Positions 27,998-38,605 of a stretch of DNA of 64,000 nt are shown here, one piece after another. Location of the stretch: positions 930,713 to 994,712 of the forward strand of contig JACKGF010000001.1 in assembly GCA_020632095.1 (NCBI GenBank), in the 5' to 3' direction. The notes beneath the pieces are model-generated. The model was given only the letters and a program-made list of their open reading frames with translations. It was not told the DNA's origin and ran no database searches. Every line of letters begins with the position of its first letter. The first letter of the stretch is position 1. The stretch comes from Candidatus Nomurabacteria bacterium (lineage in GTDB: Bacteria > Patescibacteriota > Minisyncoccia > Phycocordibacterales > UBA918). A program made the position numbers and the translations under genes.

Positions 27998-28360
27998 CTA
28001 GTCTATACGGACACCATTTAAGTCTATAAAAAAATCTTCTCCATCCAAGCTCTGTACTTGAGCTTGACCGTTTTTGAAACGACCAACCCAACGAAATCTT
28101 GCTACGTAGGCTGGACTACCATCTGTCAGTATGTGGTACGCCAGACCGTTTTGCCACACAGCAGCCCGTTCTGCGAAGAAGGGTCGAACTCTTTGAAAAC
28201 TACGTCTGTGTAGCGGTTGCCCGTTACGATCAATGTGCAAATATCGTCCCCTAAATCTTGCCCAGGCAACATCTGTATTCCTGGTTGGCTCGCTTACGAC
28301 GAATGCTCCTACGGAGTCGTAAGTCATCATTTCCTTTGGTACAAAGGTTGTTTTGGGCAT
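27998..28360 (-). CDS. hypothetical protein (WG-repeat-like)
   Basis: 120 aa ORF, GC-richer than its neighbours. Confidence 0.35.
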   Translation of the reverse strand: MPKTTFVPKEMMTYDSVGAFVVSEPTRNTDVAWARFRGRYLHIDRNGQPLHRRSFQRVRPFFAERAAVWQNGLAYHILTDGSPAYVARFRWVGRFKNGQAQVQSLDGEDFFIDLNGVRID

Positions 28361-28528
28361 TTCTTATCCTCTGAAATAATGAAAAAATCAAAAGCTACAT
28401 TATATAGTATAATCAAATTTATAGATGTCAATAGTGAATGTGCGTTGACATAAGTATGGTTATGATAAATAGTGTTAGTAGTCAAAGGTTCGTTGTCAAG
28501 GTTGTAAATATTTTATTGATTCAGAAAG

Positions 28529-29092
28529 GTGGGTAACGTGATGAATTGGAGAATTATCAAGTACGGTGGTCTTTTGTTGCTATTTTTACTTAGTATTTTT
28601 TACTCGGCATTTTGGTTGCAGAAGCAAGAGTTAGAGGTTTCTTTTCCAACTAATCCTAGTCGGGAGCAGAAAGAATTAATTTGCCATTTCCTAGAAAGTA
28701 AGGAAGTCCGTAAACAGTTTGATTCCATTGATGGTACTTGTTTGGGTTCTATCAGAGAGTGGTGGAAAGGTGAGGGTTTATCAGAATATGAAAAGCGGCA
28801 AGTGACCAATCTTGGTATTTATGAGGCACCAAGCTGGGTCTATGGAGTAGAGACTTTAAATTGGTATGGTTTTGAGAAATTAAAATTATTGATACAGGTA
28901 TTCTTCATAATCGGATTTGCTTTTGTTTATTTTTTACGCTGGCCAGTATTGTTAGTCTTGGTCTGGTTCTTCGTTTCTTTTGAGGTGTTGTCGCCTATAC
29001 TTATATTAGCATTTTTGTTGGGAGGATTATCGGATTTGGTTTACGAGAAGATAGTTGAAAGGTTAAATAGTTCACCTGTTAAGGGTGGTTAG
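28529..29092 (+). CDS. hypothetical membrane protein
   Basis: 187 aa, N- and C-terminal TM segments. Confidence 0.4.
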   Translation: MGNVMNWRIIKYGGLLLLFLLSIFYSAFWLQKQELEVSFPTNPSREQKELICHFLESKEVRKQFDSIDGTCLGSIREWWKGEGLSEYEKRQVTNLGIYEAPSWVYGVETLNWYGFEKLKLLIQVFFIIGFAFVYFLRWPVLLVLVWFFVSFEVLSPILILAFLLGGLSDLVYEKIVERLNSSPVKGG

Positions 29093-29109
29093 AATTGTGA
29101 GGGATAAAG

Positions 29110-29145
29110 GGGGAGGAGGCCGTAGGCCACCCTCCCCTTATTTTA
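29110..29145 (+). terminator. rho-independent terminator
   Basis: gggggaggaggccgtaggccaccctcccc hairpin plus T-run. Confidence 0.6.
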
Positions 29146-29246
29146 AATTAATATAAATTAATATAAATATTCAACATTTACCCTTCTGAGTATTATTCGG
29201 TTCGATAGCTTGGCTAAATGTTTGCAGGTGGTACAATCTATGCTAT

Positions 29247-29927
29247 ATGCCAAGTCCTTCAGACGGTGAGGAAAAAGTAGTAAGACGACGACGAGCTCCT
29301 GCCCGGGTTGTTGCTGATGGTGATGAAACTCCAGTAGCGAAACGTCCGCTAAAAACTGCGGTTAGAAAAGCACCAGTCAAGCGTGCTCCAAGGAAAGTTA
29401 CTCCACGAGAAATAGAAAAAGCGGAAGTGAGAGTAGACAATGAGCTCGAAAGTGTGACGCGAAAAGCGCCAACGCCGATTCGTAGTGAACAACGTAATCG
29501 TCAACTACGAAAAAAACAAATAATCATAGTGGCTTCAATTATTCTGGTTGGTATTGGGGTTTCAGCTGCGGTAGGGTTGTCTGATCCTGGTCAAATTAAT
29601 GTTAGTCAAACAGTAGAAGCAAGAAATGAGCGTATCCGTACAAATAATACTGATGAAAGAGATGAAAATACGAGTTTGGTTGAAGTCCCAGTCCAGAACA
29701 CTTCAAACGCAGGAAAATCATTAAGTGGTTTTGTGGGTATTGGTTCAGCAAAGCCAGATGCATCTAAAATAGAAGAGAAGGAAACAGCCTCAACTACCGC
29801 TTCGACTGCTTCCAGTACCGAAGAAGTAGTAGCTTCTAGTACAGAGTCTGTAGAGACAGGTAGTGTTGATGTTGAGTCTATTGAAACAGGAAGTAATCCT
29901 GAGGTTGAAGAAGCTCCTTCCATTTAG
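29247..29927 (+). CDS. hypothetical low-complexity protein with one TM helix
   Basis: 226 aa; basic N-terminus, TM segment, Ser/Thr/Glu-rich tail. Confidence 0.35.
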   Translation: MPSPSDGEEKVVRRRRAPARVVADGDETPVAKRPLKTAVRKAPVKRAPRKVTPREIEKAEVRVDNELESVTRKAPTPIRSEQRNRQLRKKQIIIVASIILVGIGVSAAVGLSDPGQINVSQTVEARNERIRTNNTDERDENTSLVEVPVQNTSNAGKSLSGFVGIGSAKPDASKIEEKETASTTASTASSTEEVVASSTESVETGSVDVESIETGSNPEVEEAPSI

Positions 29928-29931
29928 ATTT

Positions 29932-30318
29932 CTAAGTAGCGAGACATTTTTCGCATTTGCACCCAAACGGTTTAATCATAATTTCAAAATACTCCTTTCC
30001 GTAGTTATAAGTTAACTCCTCACCGGGGTTTATTTTTTTCTTGGCGTAAATGAAAACGTGTTCCTCATCTTCATCTAGCTCGGGATAGCAGTTTGGTTTG
30101 CAGCTATGGTTGATGTAGCGGGCGATATTTTTGCGCCCTTTGCCGTCTATGGTCCAGTCGTCATTGAGTTCAAATAAATATCTACCACCACGACGGTTAG
30201 CTTCAGCAGAAGAAATTTTTTCGCCAGTGTACTCAATTACTAAGTCGCCTTTTTTAAAATTTTTGTTAGCGAAAAGTCCAAGACCAGCTCGACTTCTTTT
30301 GATAGATAAATTTGACAT
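29932..30318 (-). CDS. SET-domain protein (putative protein-lysine methyltransferase)
   Basis: GLGLFA..GDLVIEYTGE...ARYINHSCKPNC...GEELTYNYG plus post-SET CKCEKC; canonical SET signature. Confidence 0.75.
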   Translation of the reverse strand: MSNLSIKRSRAGLGLFANKNFKKGDLVIEYTGEKISSAEANRRGGRYLFELNDDWTIDGKGRKNIARYINHSCKPNCYPELDEDEEHVFIYAKKKINPGEELTYNYGKEYFEIMIKPFGCKCEKCLAT

Positions 30319-30399
30319 GCCGGCTAGTATAGCAAAGTTAAAGATTTATACAGTATGTTTACACAGTGTGGACAAACTTAAATTTTAAAACCTGATAGA

Positions 30400-32763
30400 A
30401 TGAATCATATGAGTGATGTTCTTAAAAAGTTCTGTCGGGCCGCTAACTATTTGTCAGCCGCTCAGATTTATTTACAAAGTAATACTTTATTAGCTGAGCC
30501 ATTAAAAGCTGACGATATTAAGCCGCGACTACTGGGGCACTGGGGAACCTGTCCTGGTATAAACTTTACATACGCCCACCTCAACCGAGCCATTATCGCC
30601 CACGACGTCGACATGATGTTTGTCCTTGGTCCTGGTCACGGATTCCCTGCAGTGCAGGCTAACCTTTTCTTAGAAGGAACACTGTCAAAATATTTTGGTG
30701 AAATTCCCCGTAACACTGCTGGAATATCACACATGGCAAAGAAATTCAGTTGGCCTTATGGTTATCCAAGTCATAGTAACCCTGAAGCTCCAGGAGTAAT
30801 TTTGGAGGGAGGGGAACTTGGTTATTCACTCTCAACTTCATACGGAGCAATTTTAGATAATCCAAACCTAGTCGTAGCGTGTTTGGTGGGAGATGGTGAA
30901 GCCGAGACTGGCCCAACCGCGACCGCTTGGCATCTAAATAAACTCATAGACCCAGCGACCAATGGTGCTGTGTTGCCGATTCTCCATCTCAATGGTTACA
31001 AGATTTCTGGTCCTACTTTCATGGGTCGTATGAGTGACGATGAGCTACGGGCCTTGTTTTATGGCTATGGGTACGAACCTCACTTTGTTGATGCTTACAC
31101 CGAAGAAGATGTGCACGCACGCATGATGGAAGTTATGGACACAGCGATTGAAGCAATCCGTTTCACTCAGCACTGTGCTAGAGAAGGTACTCTGCAAGAA
31201 AATCCACGTTTCCCGATGATTGTCCTTCGAACACCAAAAGGTTGGGATAGTATCGACTACATCGGAGACCAAAAAATCGAAGACAACCACTACTCTCATC
31301 AAGTGATTGCTGTAAACGCTAAGACCAATGATAGTGAACGTGCTCAACTTGAAGAGTGGTTGCGTTCGTATCGTTTTAACGAATTGTTTGATGGCGAAAA
31401 TTTTGATGCTGATATCCAAAGCTTGATTCCACGAGAGGGTAGGAGAATGGGAGACAATCCACACGCTCGCGGGGGAGATCCGTGTTACAAACCACTGTCA
31501 TTACCAGCTATAGAAAATTATTCTGTTACCGGTACTTGTAATCTAAATGACCCAATCTGCGGTACTGAAAGTGGAATGGAAAAGATTGGACATTACTTGC
31601 GTGACATCATGCGTGACAACGCAGCTAATCGAAACGTTCGTCTGATGTCTCCAGATGAGACTTATTCCAACAAGTTAGACGCGGTCTTTGAGGTTACTGA
31701 CAGAGCGTTTGTTTGGCCACACAAGGAATGGGACAAAAACCTAGCTTGGGATGGTCGGGTACTGGAGATGCTGTCTGAACATAGTTTGCAGGGTATGCTC
31801 CAAGGTTATGTATTAACCGGTCGTCACGGAGTGTTTGTTTCCTACGAAGCTTTTGTGCAGATTGTTGCTAGTATGACTGACCAATATGCTAAGTTCCTCA
31901 AGATTGCTCGTGACGTGAAATGGCGAGGAACCATTCCTTCACTCAACTACATCTTGACTTCTGGTGCTTGGCGTCAGGAACATAATGGTTTCTCTCACCA
32001 AAACCCAGGTTTCATTGACGGAGTTTTGCAACGACAAGGTTGCTTCACTAATGTGTATTTCCCAGCCGACGCTAACACTGCTTTAGTGACATTTAACCGC
32101 ATGATGGCTTCCACTAAAGAAATCAACGTACTCGTTGGCTCTAAGCGACCATTACCGATTTGGCGCTCACTAGAGGAAGCGAAAAAAGATGTGATGGATG
32201 GAATCTCAGTTTGGAAGTTTGCCAGTGATGAAGATCCTCATGTGGTATTTAGCGCAGCAGGGGACTACCCAACTCTAGAAGCCCTAGCGGCAATGAGCTT
32301 GGTCCGCAAGTATGCTCCAGCGGTACGAATGCGATTTGTGAATATTACTTCACTATCTGTTCTTGGTATTGGTAACTCACAGTGTCGAGTACTACGTCAT
32401 GACTTTGAACACTACTTCACAGAAGACAAACCAGTAATTGTTAACTTCCACGGTTACCCACAAACCATCAAGCAAGTATTATTTGATTATGTTGATGACA
32501 CAAGACGCTTTGTAATCCACGGTTATGAAGAATCTGGCTCAACCACAACTCCGTTTGATATGATGGTGCGCAATCGAGTAGATCGGTTCCATCTAGCAAT
32601 GGAAGCCTTTGCTAAGGCTGCTGAACAGGGAGTGATTGCCGAAACGGAAGCTCAAGAACTCATAGCCTCTTTCCAAGAAAGGTTAGCTGAACACCGAGCT
32701 TATGTAGTTGAACATGGCGAAGATATCGCTGAAATCACTAACTGGGTATGGGAACAACGCTAG
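30400..32763 (+). CDS. xfp: xylulose-5-phosphate/fructose-6-phosphate phosphoketolase
   Basis: 787 aa; GHWGTCPG motif and overall XFP architecture. Confidence 0.9.
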   Translation: MNHMSDVLKKFCRAANYLSAAQIYLQSNTLLAEPLKADDIKPRLLGHWGTCPGINFTYAHLNRAIIAHDVDMMFVLGPGHGFPAVQANLFLEGTLSKYFGEIPRNTAGISHMAKKFSWPYGYPSHSNPEAPGVILEGGELGYSLSTSYGAILDNPNLVVACLVGDGEAETGPTATAWHLNKLIDPATNGAVLPILHLNGYKISGPTFMGRMSDDELRALFYGYGYEPHFVDAYTEEDVHARMMEVMDTAIEAIRFTQHCAREGTLQENPRFPMIVLRTPKGWDSIDYIGDQKIEDNHYSHQVIAVNAKTNDSERAQLEEWLRSYRFNELFDGENFDADIQSLIPREGRRMGDNPHARGGDPCYKPLSLPAIENYSVTGTCNLNDPICGTESGMEKIGHYLRDIMRDNAANRNVRLMSPDETYSNKLDAVFEVTDRAFVWPHKEWDKNLAWDGRVLEMLSEHSLQGMLQGYVLTGRHGVFVSYEAFVQIVASMTDQYAKFLKIARDVKWRGTIPSLNYILTSGAWRQEHNGFSHQNPGFIDGVLQRQGCFTNVYFPADANTALVTFNRMMASTKEINVLVGSKRPLPIWRSLEEAKKDVMDGISVWKFASDEDPHVVFSAAGDYPTLEALAAMSLVRKYAPAVRMRFVNITSLSVLGIGNSQCRVLRHDFEHYFTEDKPVIVNFHGYPQTIKQVLFDYVDDTRRFVIHGYEESGSTTTPFDMMVRNRVDRFHLAMEAFAKAAEQGVIAETEAQELIASFQERLAEHRAYVVEHGEDIAEITNWVWEQR

Positions 32764-33929
32764 TCGTCAATCCAGGTAGTTCATCAAAAAAATACGCGCT
32801 TTATAACGACGGTGAACCAGTCATAGAAATTCGCTTCGAAAAAACCAATACGGGTTTCGAGACTTGTTTAAGTGTAATTGGAGGTCAACAGACTTGCGAA
32901 TCTGTTTCAGCTATTGGTTTTTCTGACGCTTTTTCTAAAGTTTTTTCTAGCACTAGAGATTATCTAAAACAGGCGAATCTCAGTGAATTAGATTCAATTG
33001 TAGTACGAGTGGTGTCACCAGGGACTTTTTTCCAGAAGCATGCAGAAGTAGACAAGGAGTATTTGGATCAGCTTAACAAACGACAAGCTTCCGCACCGCT
33101 ACATATTCCAACTATCCTAAAAGAAATAAAAAGTATTCAAAAACATTATCCAAAAATTAGGATAATTGCTGCCTCAGATAGTGCTTTTCATGCTGATATG
33201 CCACCGCAAGCTAGAGACTTCAGTATTGCTGTGAAAGATGTTAAGAAGTTTGATATTCATCGATTCGGTTATCATGGCTTGTCAGTAGCTTCGGTGGTGA
33301 GACGGATTCATTCTGTAATCGGTCAAGATCCAGAACGAATGGTGGTTTGTCATATCGGTAATGGTGTTAGTGTGACAGCGGTTAAGGGAGGGAAGAGTGT
33401 TGATACGACCATGGGGTTTTCTCCAACTAGTGGTTTGCCGATGGGTAGTCGGGCTGGTGATATCGATAGTGCAGCCTTGCTAGAATTGATGCGAGTGAAG
33501 AATTTTCGTCCAACTGATGCTGAGATGTATCTAAACACCAATGGTGGTCTCTCCGGTATGGCTCAAGATTCTGATATTCGTCGTTTGCTCGACCGTCGTT
33601 CCAAACACGACCCGGTCGCTGTGCAAGCATTAGATACTTTTGCTTACAATATTCAAAAAGCAGTCGCCGCCATGACAGTAGCCCTTGGCGGTTTGGATGT
33701 ATTGGTTTTGACCGCTACGGCCTCTGTGCGTAGTTCAGAGCTAAGGTGTCTGATTTTGAGTGGTTTAACCCATCTTGGGGTGGACGTGCATCAAGATAGA
33801 AATGATTTGTTTGTTGGTAAGGAAGGGGTGGTTAGTAGTAATAACAGCCAGATTAAAGTGGTTGTCATGAAGACTGATGAGATGGGAGAAATGGAGCAAG
33901 TTGCAAGACAACTTAATTTACCAAATTAG
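32748..33929 (+). CDS. ackA: acetate kinase
   Basis: LVVNPGSSSKKYALY N-terminus, 393 aa; overlaps xfp end, so exact start uncertain. Confidence 0.85.
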   Translation: MGTTLVVNPGSSSKKYALYNDGEPVIEIRFEKTNTGFETCLSVIGGQQTCESVSAIGFSDAFSKVFSSTRDYLKQANLSELDSIVVRVVSPGTFFQKHAEVDKEYLDQLNKRQASAPLHIPTILKEIKSIQKHYPKIRIIAASDSAFHADMPPQARDFSIAVKDVKKFDIHRFGYHGLSVASVVRRIHSVIGQDPERMVVCHIGNGVSVTAVKGGKSVDTTMGFSPTSGLPMGSRAGDIDSAALLELMRVKNFRPTDAEMYLNTNGGLSGMAQDSDIRRLLDRRSKHDPVAVQALDTFAYNIQKAVAAMTVALGGLDVLVLTATASVRSSELRCLILSGLTHLGVDVHQDRNDLFVGKEGVVSSNNSQIKVVVMKTDEMGEMEQVARQLNLPN

Positions 33930-33987
33930 CAATTTGGTAAATTGTTGTTTGTTTAGATGGTAAACTAGTCAAGAAGCAGGTACGGAT

Positions 33988-35307
33988 ATGAATCCTTGGT
34001 CAAATCAAAATAAAAAAGCTTTTTTTCAATCAATTCTTGTTTTTACAATTCTGTTTTCAGCAGTGATTTTGTTGACTGTTTACTATGATTTCACTGGTGT
34101 CGATATGGGGGGGTTGCTGTTTTTGTCAGCCTTTTTACTTTGTGTGTTTGCTGCCAAAAATGCTTATGATACTACTAGGGGAGCGGTCAGCTCAGCTTTT
34201 TTAAAAAAGAACGTTGGCGAGAGTTTAGACTTCACCTCTGAAGAATTGTACGTTCAGTTGTATAAAAATAGTCCGATACCATATCTTTTAATTGATATAG
34301 ATGGGCAGGTACAGTCGGCCAACCTAGCGGCGGCGCGTATGTTTGGTATGACTCAGGCCAATGTCACTGGTCTTAATGTATTCAGCCGAGTGGAGTGTGA
34401 TGTGGTTGAGCACCTTGATTTTTTAATAGAGAAATTTCGTCGTGGAGTATCGATTAGTGACGAAATAGTGCGTGTGAAGCGGGAAGATTTTAAAGAAGAA
34501 TGGGCATTATTGTCACTTTTTCGTTTTACTGATATACACGGTCAACGAATTGGTCTTTTGACTCTGGTTGATATCACCAAGCAGAAAAGAGCTGAAGACG
34601 CCAAGTCAGAATTTGTTTCACTAGCTTCGCATCAACTCAGGACCCCGATTGCTGGCATGAAGTGGAGTGCTGAGTTACTGCAATTAGACAATCCCGAGAC
34701 TCTAACCGATAGACAACAAAAGTACATTGAAAGATTGTTGATCAGTATTAAGAGAATGGCTATTCTGGTGGATGATTTTTTGCGAGTGTCCCGCTTCGAG
34801 TTGGGAACATTTCAAGCTGAGCTGGAGGAGGTTAAATTGTCTGAACTTTTTGAAGACATAATGTCTGAACAAGAGTCTAGAGCAAAACAAAAGAAATTGT
34901 CAGTTAAGTCGTTTTATGAAAAGTCTATCGACACAGTAATAACTGATCCGAATCTTGTTCGGATGATAGTAACAAATCTTTTTTCAAACGCTGTTAAATA
35001 CACTCGTGAGAAGGGAACGATTCATATTGGCTTTGGTCGTAAGGATGACAATATTATTATTACAGTAGCCGACAATGGTATGGGTATTCCGGCTGAAGAT
35101 CAGGACAGTATTTTCTTAAAGTTATTTCGAGCTTCAAACGCGGTGCGAGATGTTCCAGATGGAACTGGGTTAGGTTTGTATATTGTACACGAGGCGGTGT
35201 CAGTCCTTAAAGGAAACATAACCTTCACTACTACTGAAGGTATCGGAACTACATTCGAAGTATTGCTACCACTTGAGTTACCTGGAGAAAAAACTAAAGA
35301 AGATTAG
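33988..35307 (+). CDS. sensor histidine kinase (TM - PAS - HisKA - HATPase_c)
   Basis: H-box SHQLRTPIAG, N-box NLFSNAVKYT, G-boxes DNGMGI and GTGLGL. Confidence 0.75.
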   Translation: MNPWSNQNKKAFFQSILVFTILFSAVILLTVYYDFTGVDMGGLLFLSAFLLCVFAAKNAYDTTRGAVSSAFLKKNVGESLDFTSEELYVQLYKNSPIPYLLIDIDGQVQSANLAAARMFGMTQANVTGLNVFSRVECDVVEHLDFLIEKFRRGVSISDEIVRVKREDFKEEWALLSLFRFTDIHGQRIGLLTLVDITKQKRAEDAKSEFVSLASHQLRTPIAGMKWSAELLQLDNPETLTDRQQKYIERLLISIKRMAILVDDFLRVSRFELGTFQAELEEVKLSELFEDIMSEQESRAKQKKLSVKSFYEKSIDTVITDPNLVRMIVTNLFSNAVKYTREKGTIHIGFGRKDDNIIITVADNGMGIPAEDQDSIFLKLFRASNAVRDVPDGTGLGLYIVHEAVSVLKGNITFTTTEGIGTTFEVLLPLELPGEKTKED

Positions 35308-35678
35308 TCGTTGACGAGAGCTTCGATTTTGCTTAGTAAATCCTTAATGCTCCAATCTGGTTTAAAAAGTACGTAATCTTTAGGTAGATCAATATTTTTG
35401 GAAATATTTTCGATTGATTCGGAGGCAGTGAGAACTACTATTTTTGCTTTGGCCCCCCATTTGTCTTCGCGAATTCGACGATAAACTTCATAACCATCAA
35501 TATCTGGTAAACGGATATCTAACAAAATAAGGTCTGGTTGTTGTTCTAGGGCAGCGACAACCCCGTCACGACCGTTGGCCGCTACTATTGCACCGTATTC
35601 TTTAATGGTAAGCATGTCTACCAACGACTCGGCAAGGTAGGGCGAATCTTCAATTATAAGGACAGTTTTCTTTGACAT
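35304..35678 (-). CDS. single-domain response regulator (CheY-like receiver)
   Basis: 124 aa; DD...D(LILLD)...K receiver pattern. Confidence 0.75.
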   Translation of the reverse strand: MSKKTVLIIEDSPYLAESLVDMLTIKEYGAIVAANGRDGVVAALEQQPDLILLDIRLPDIDGYEVYRRIREDKWGAKAKIVVLTASESIENISKNIDLPKDYVLFKPDWSIKDLLSKIEALVND

Positions 35679-35770
35679 GTTTCTATTTTACCTTATTTTT
35701 CTCTTTTAGGTTGGAACGTCTGTATGTATAATGTTTGTAAGAAAGAGATAAAAATTTCGTCATTAAAGAT

Positions 35771-36382
35771 ATGAAAAAAATACATTTGTTTGCAGGGATT
35801 GCCGTTTTGGTGATCGTCGTATTGATAGGTTACACACAATTAATTAAACCAAAGCTAGATAATAGAACCGTCACTACTGTAGTGTCTACTACCATCACTC
35901 AACCAGAGCTTGATTTTGAGTTCACATATCCGAGTGGTGAAGAGGGGTATAGTTTAATTGAGCCGCCAGTGACAACTTCCTCTGGTTCTGAACTGAAGAA
36001 GATTTACCTGATGATGCCGACCGAAAATTATATTGGCTATCAAGGTAAAGAGGATTCAGAAGACGCACCACCAACTACAAGTGTTTTTGTTTTTGAAGAT
36101 CAGTCTGAGGAGGGTGATTCTGGCCGAGTAACACTCTTGCAGAATTGGGCCAATAGTCACGCTGGACTTACTGCTTTTGATCAGATATCTACTGAGGCTG
36201 AAGTAATAGAGCTTGATGGAGCCAAGGCTTTGCATTATCAAGTAGAAGGTACCTATAAAAAAGACGTTTATTTGGTTAGTCATCAAGGTAATGTATATTT
36301 GTTTGTTGGCCAGTATAAAGAGGCTGGTGATGCTCTACAAACTGAATTTACAAAAGTCGTCAATTCTGTGCTTTTCTACTAG
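35771..36382 (+). CDS. hypothetical secreted or membrane-anchored protein
   Basis: 203 aa with N-terminal signal anchor. Confidence 0.4.
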   Translation: MKKIHLFAGIAVLVIVVLIGYTQLIKPKLDNRTVTTVVSTTITQPELDFEFTYPSGEEGYSLIEPPVTTSSGSELKKIYLMMPTENYIGYQGKEDSEDAPPTTSVFVFEDQSEEGDSGRVTLLQNWANSHAGLTAFDQISTEAEVIELDGAKALHYQVEGTYKKDVYLVSHQGNVYLFVGQYKEAGDALQTEFTKVVNSVLFY

Positions 36383-36939
36383 ATTTTCACCGATTTACAA
36401 TGTTAAAGGCGACGTGGAAGATAGATAATCATCTATTTTCCACGTCGCCTTTTGACGGTGGGTATTAATCTGAATTATGAAATGATTCGTACTCTTTAGT
36501 ATCCATCAGAATTTGCAGGTTTCGTCTGTTGAACCCTTTTCCTCTAGATTCGAGTGTTATGTCGCTTATACCTATAATTAGACGTAAAAGACTGTCTCTA
36601 GCTATCTCCATAGAACGCATTCCAAAAGTCCTATTCTCAGACATTACTTTCATTCTTAAGAAGAGATTCCAAGCCCTGTCCAAGTCTGTCCAACTGACTC
36701 TTTTGGCGGGAGGCCATCTCAAAAATAGGAAACAAATTGTTTTTCGTTGCGAATGGATCCTCGAAGGTTTTTTCTTATTCTTAAGAAGAGCGCATACCTC
36801 CCCTTGTCCATATGACCTGCCTTTAGTTTTCACTAGCTGTATCTCCCGAAATGTTTACTAATCTGACTGTGATTATGCACTATAAAAATAATTTTTCAAT
36901 TCCCAGCTCAATTATAAAATGACTCAGAATTCCTTAATA

Positions 36940-36975
36940 AAAAAATCCCCGCTGGCCAGGCGGGGATTAAACATA
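36940..36975 (-). terminator. rho-independent terminator (minus strand)
   Basis: cccgctggccaggcgggg hairpin preceded on plus by A7, which reads as a T-run on the minus strand; lies just downstream of the minus-strand gene ending at 36996. Confidence 0.6.
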
Positions 36976-36995
36976 CTATTTGTGATCTGGTAATT

Positions 36996-38123
36996 CTATA
37001 CTCTCATCTGACTCAATATGGCATTATTTTTTGCTTTCCTGGATGTCCTATTAGACCGTTTTTTCTCAAGACGAGTTTGGCCTTGGGTAATAAAAAACCC
37101 CAACCTTTCTTTCATTTCCTTATCTTCTTCGTCAGCCTCTTCAAGCATCTGGCGGGCCATTTTCATTTCGTCATCATGGTGGACGCTAAAAGGTCCGAAT
37201 TCACAGTGGTCACCCAATACAATATATCGGGCAAAGCGACGCCGGAGATCAAGAAACTTAACTTCAGATAATAGATTTAGAAAATACTTGCATGTATGAA
37301 CCTGAATTCCTCTTGCGCCGGGCTTATCACCCGGTCCAATCAAAAACTCAACTTGCTCCGCCAACAAATCAACGGCGTAGGGTAGGGCTCGACCTCCGAT
37401 TATGCACAATTCAATCTGGTATAAGTAGCAGCGACGCGCGTCTTCATGGTCGGCGCGAGGCTGTGTTTTACCAGCATTCTCGGACAGAATAATCCGAACC
37501 ATTCTTTCGTGCGCCTTTTTCTTCCAGGAAGAAGGAATTCTGGCTTGTAACAACGCTCTTAGCTGGTCGTAACCAGAGGCAAAGTCCATGTTCCAATACA
37601 CTACCGGGTCAAGTGGTTGCCAGAGCTGAAAAAGCTCTTCCGCCAGCGGGTCATCTTCTGCCAGGACGCTAAGAGCAAAGATTATTGCCTTGTGGTAAGT
37701 GGGGACAGATTCATCCGCTTTATGCCCGCTCTCTTTATCAGCGTCTGGAGTAGCCTTCATGCATAGGGGCAAGAGCTGGAATAGAAACTTTTGCAGAGCC
37801 CGCGACAATGTTGCAAAATCAAAATCTCTCAACAACCCGTTGAGCTTTCTCTTGGCCGAAGCTTGGTTGTTTGCCCACGGAAACGGCGAGAGTGAGATGT
37901 TGGGTGACAGCAATACCACCAAAGCACGGGCTTTGTAGGTATCATTAATTTCTTTGTTGGTAAGTAATTCTAGAAGTGCGTGGTTCTCATTTTTTACAAA
38001 CGCGCACCACTTGCTCCAAACCTGACCGGGAAAGTTAATGTTGGCGTCAACGTGGCCAAAGTGCAATCCGTGAAGCGCACGAGCTTTTTTGATAAAGTCG
38101 ATACTGCTATTTTGTTCAGACAT
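36996..38123 (-). CDS. hypothetical cytoplasmic protein
   Basis: 375 aa ORF, no motif recognised; GC-richer than surroundings. Confidence 0.45.
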   Translation of the reverse strand: MSEQNSSIDFIKKARALHGLHFGHVDANINFPGQVWSKWCAFVKNENHALLELLTNKEINDTYKARALVVLLSPNISLSPFPWANNQASAKRKLNGLLRDFDFATLSRALQKFLFQLLPLCMKATPDADKESGHKADESVPTYHKAIIFALSVLAEDDPLAEELFQLWQPLDPVVYWNMDFASGYDQLRALLQARIPSSWKKKAHERMVRIILSENAGKTQPRADHEDARRCYLYQIELCIIGGRALPYAVDLLAEQVEFLIGPGDKPGARGIQVHTCKYFLNLLSEVKFLDLRRRFARYIVLGDHCEFGPFSVHHDDEMKMARQMLEEADEEDKEMKERLGFFITQGQTRLEKKRSNRTSRKAKNNAILSQMRV

Positions 38124-38605
38124 TTACTTCTCCTTCGGTTGTGTTTTTAACAATTACACTAGTTGAACAACAACATTTTACTAAGAACCCTCCATTGAGA
38201 AATATAGCATTAGGGTATGGATTGTAAACACTTAGGGCTCTCACTCTTGCTAGCTGGATTTTTTGTACCATAATGTACAATTTTGTTTGTTGCTGATTTT
38301 TTTATGCACGGCTTATAAAGAACTTTTACGATAGTTATACACAATCTTATCCACGGTTTGAGATTTTAGGATTTAAGACAGACTGAAAACAAACGATTTC
38401 TGGTCTTGCGAAATTTTTGGTGTGAAATTTCGTGTTGAATTTGACATGTCAAGCAATAATTGACCCTGGCTGTAAAGGGGGTAAATTTAAGATTCATAGA
38501 AATATATTTTGCGGTTCTTCTCGGTATTTATGCCGAAAAATGATGGGGCCACAACATATATTTCTAGGAAATATTTTAAGAGATTTAATTACTTAAAAAG
38601 GTGTT

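Noticed and set aside
36465-36861. Overlapping ORFs (122 aa minus, 110 aa plus) after the 35771-36382 gene
   Set aside because: Mutually antisense, no RBS on either, basic low-complexity translations; likely non-coding
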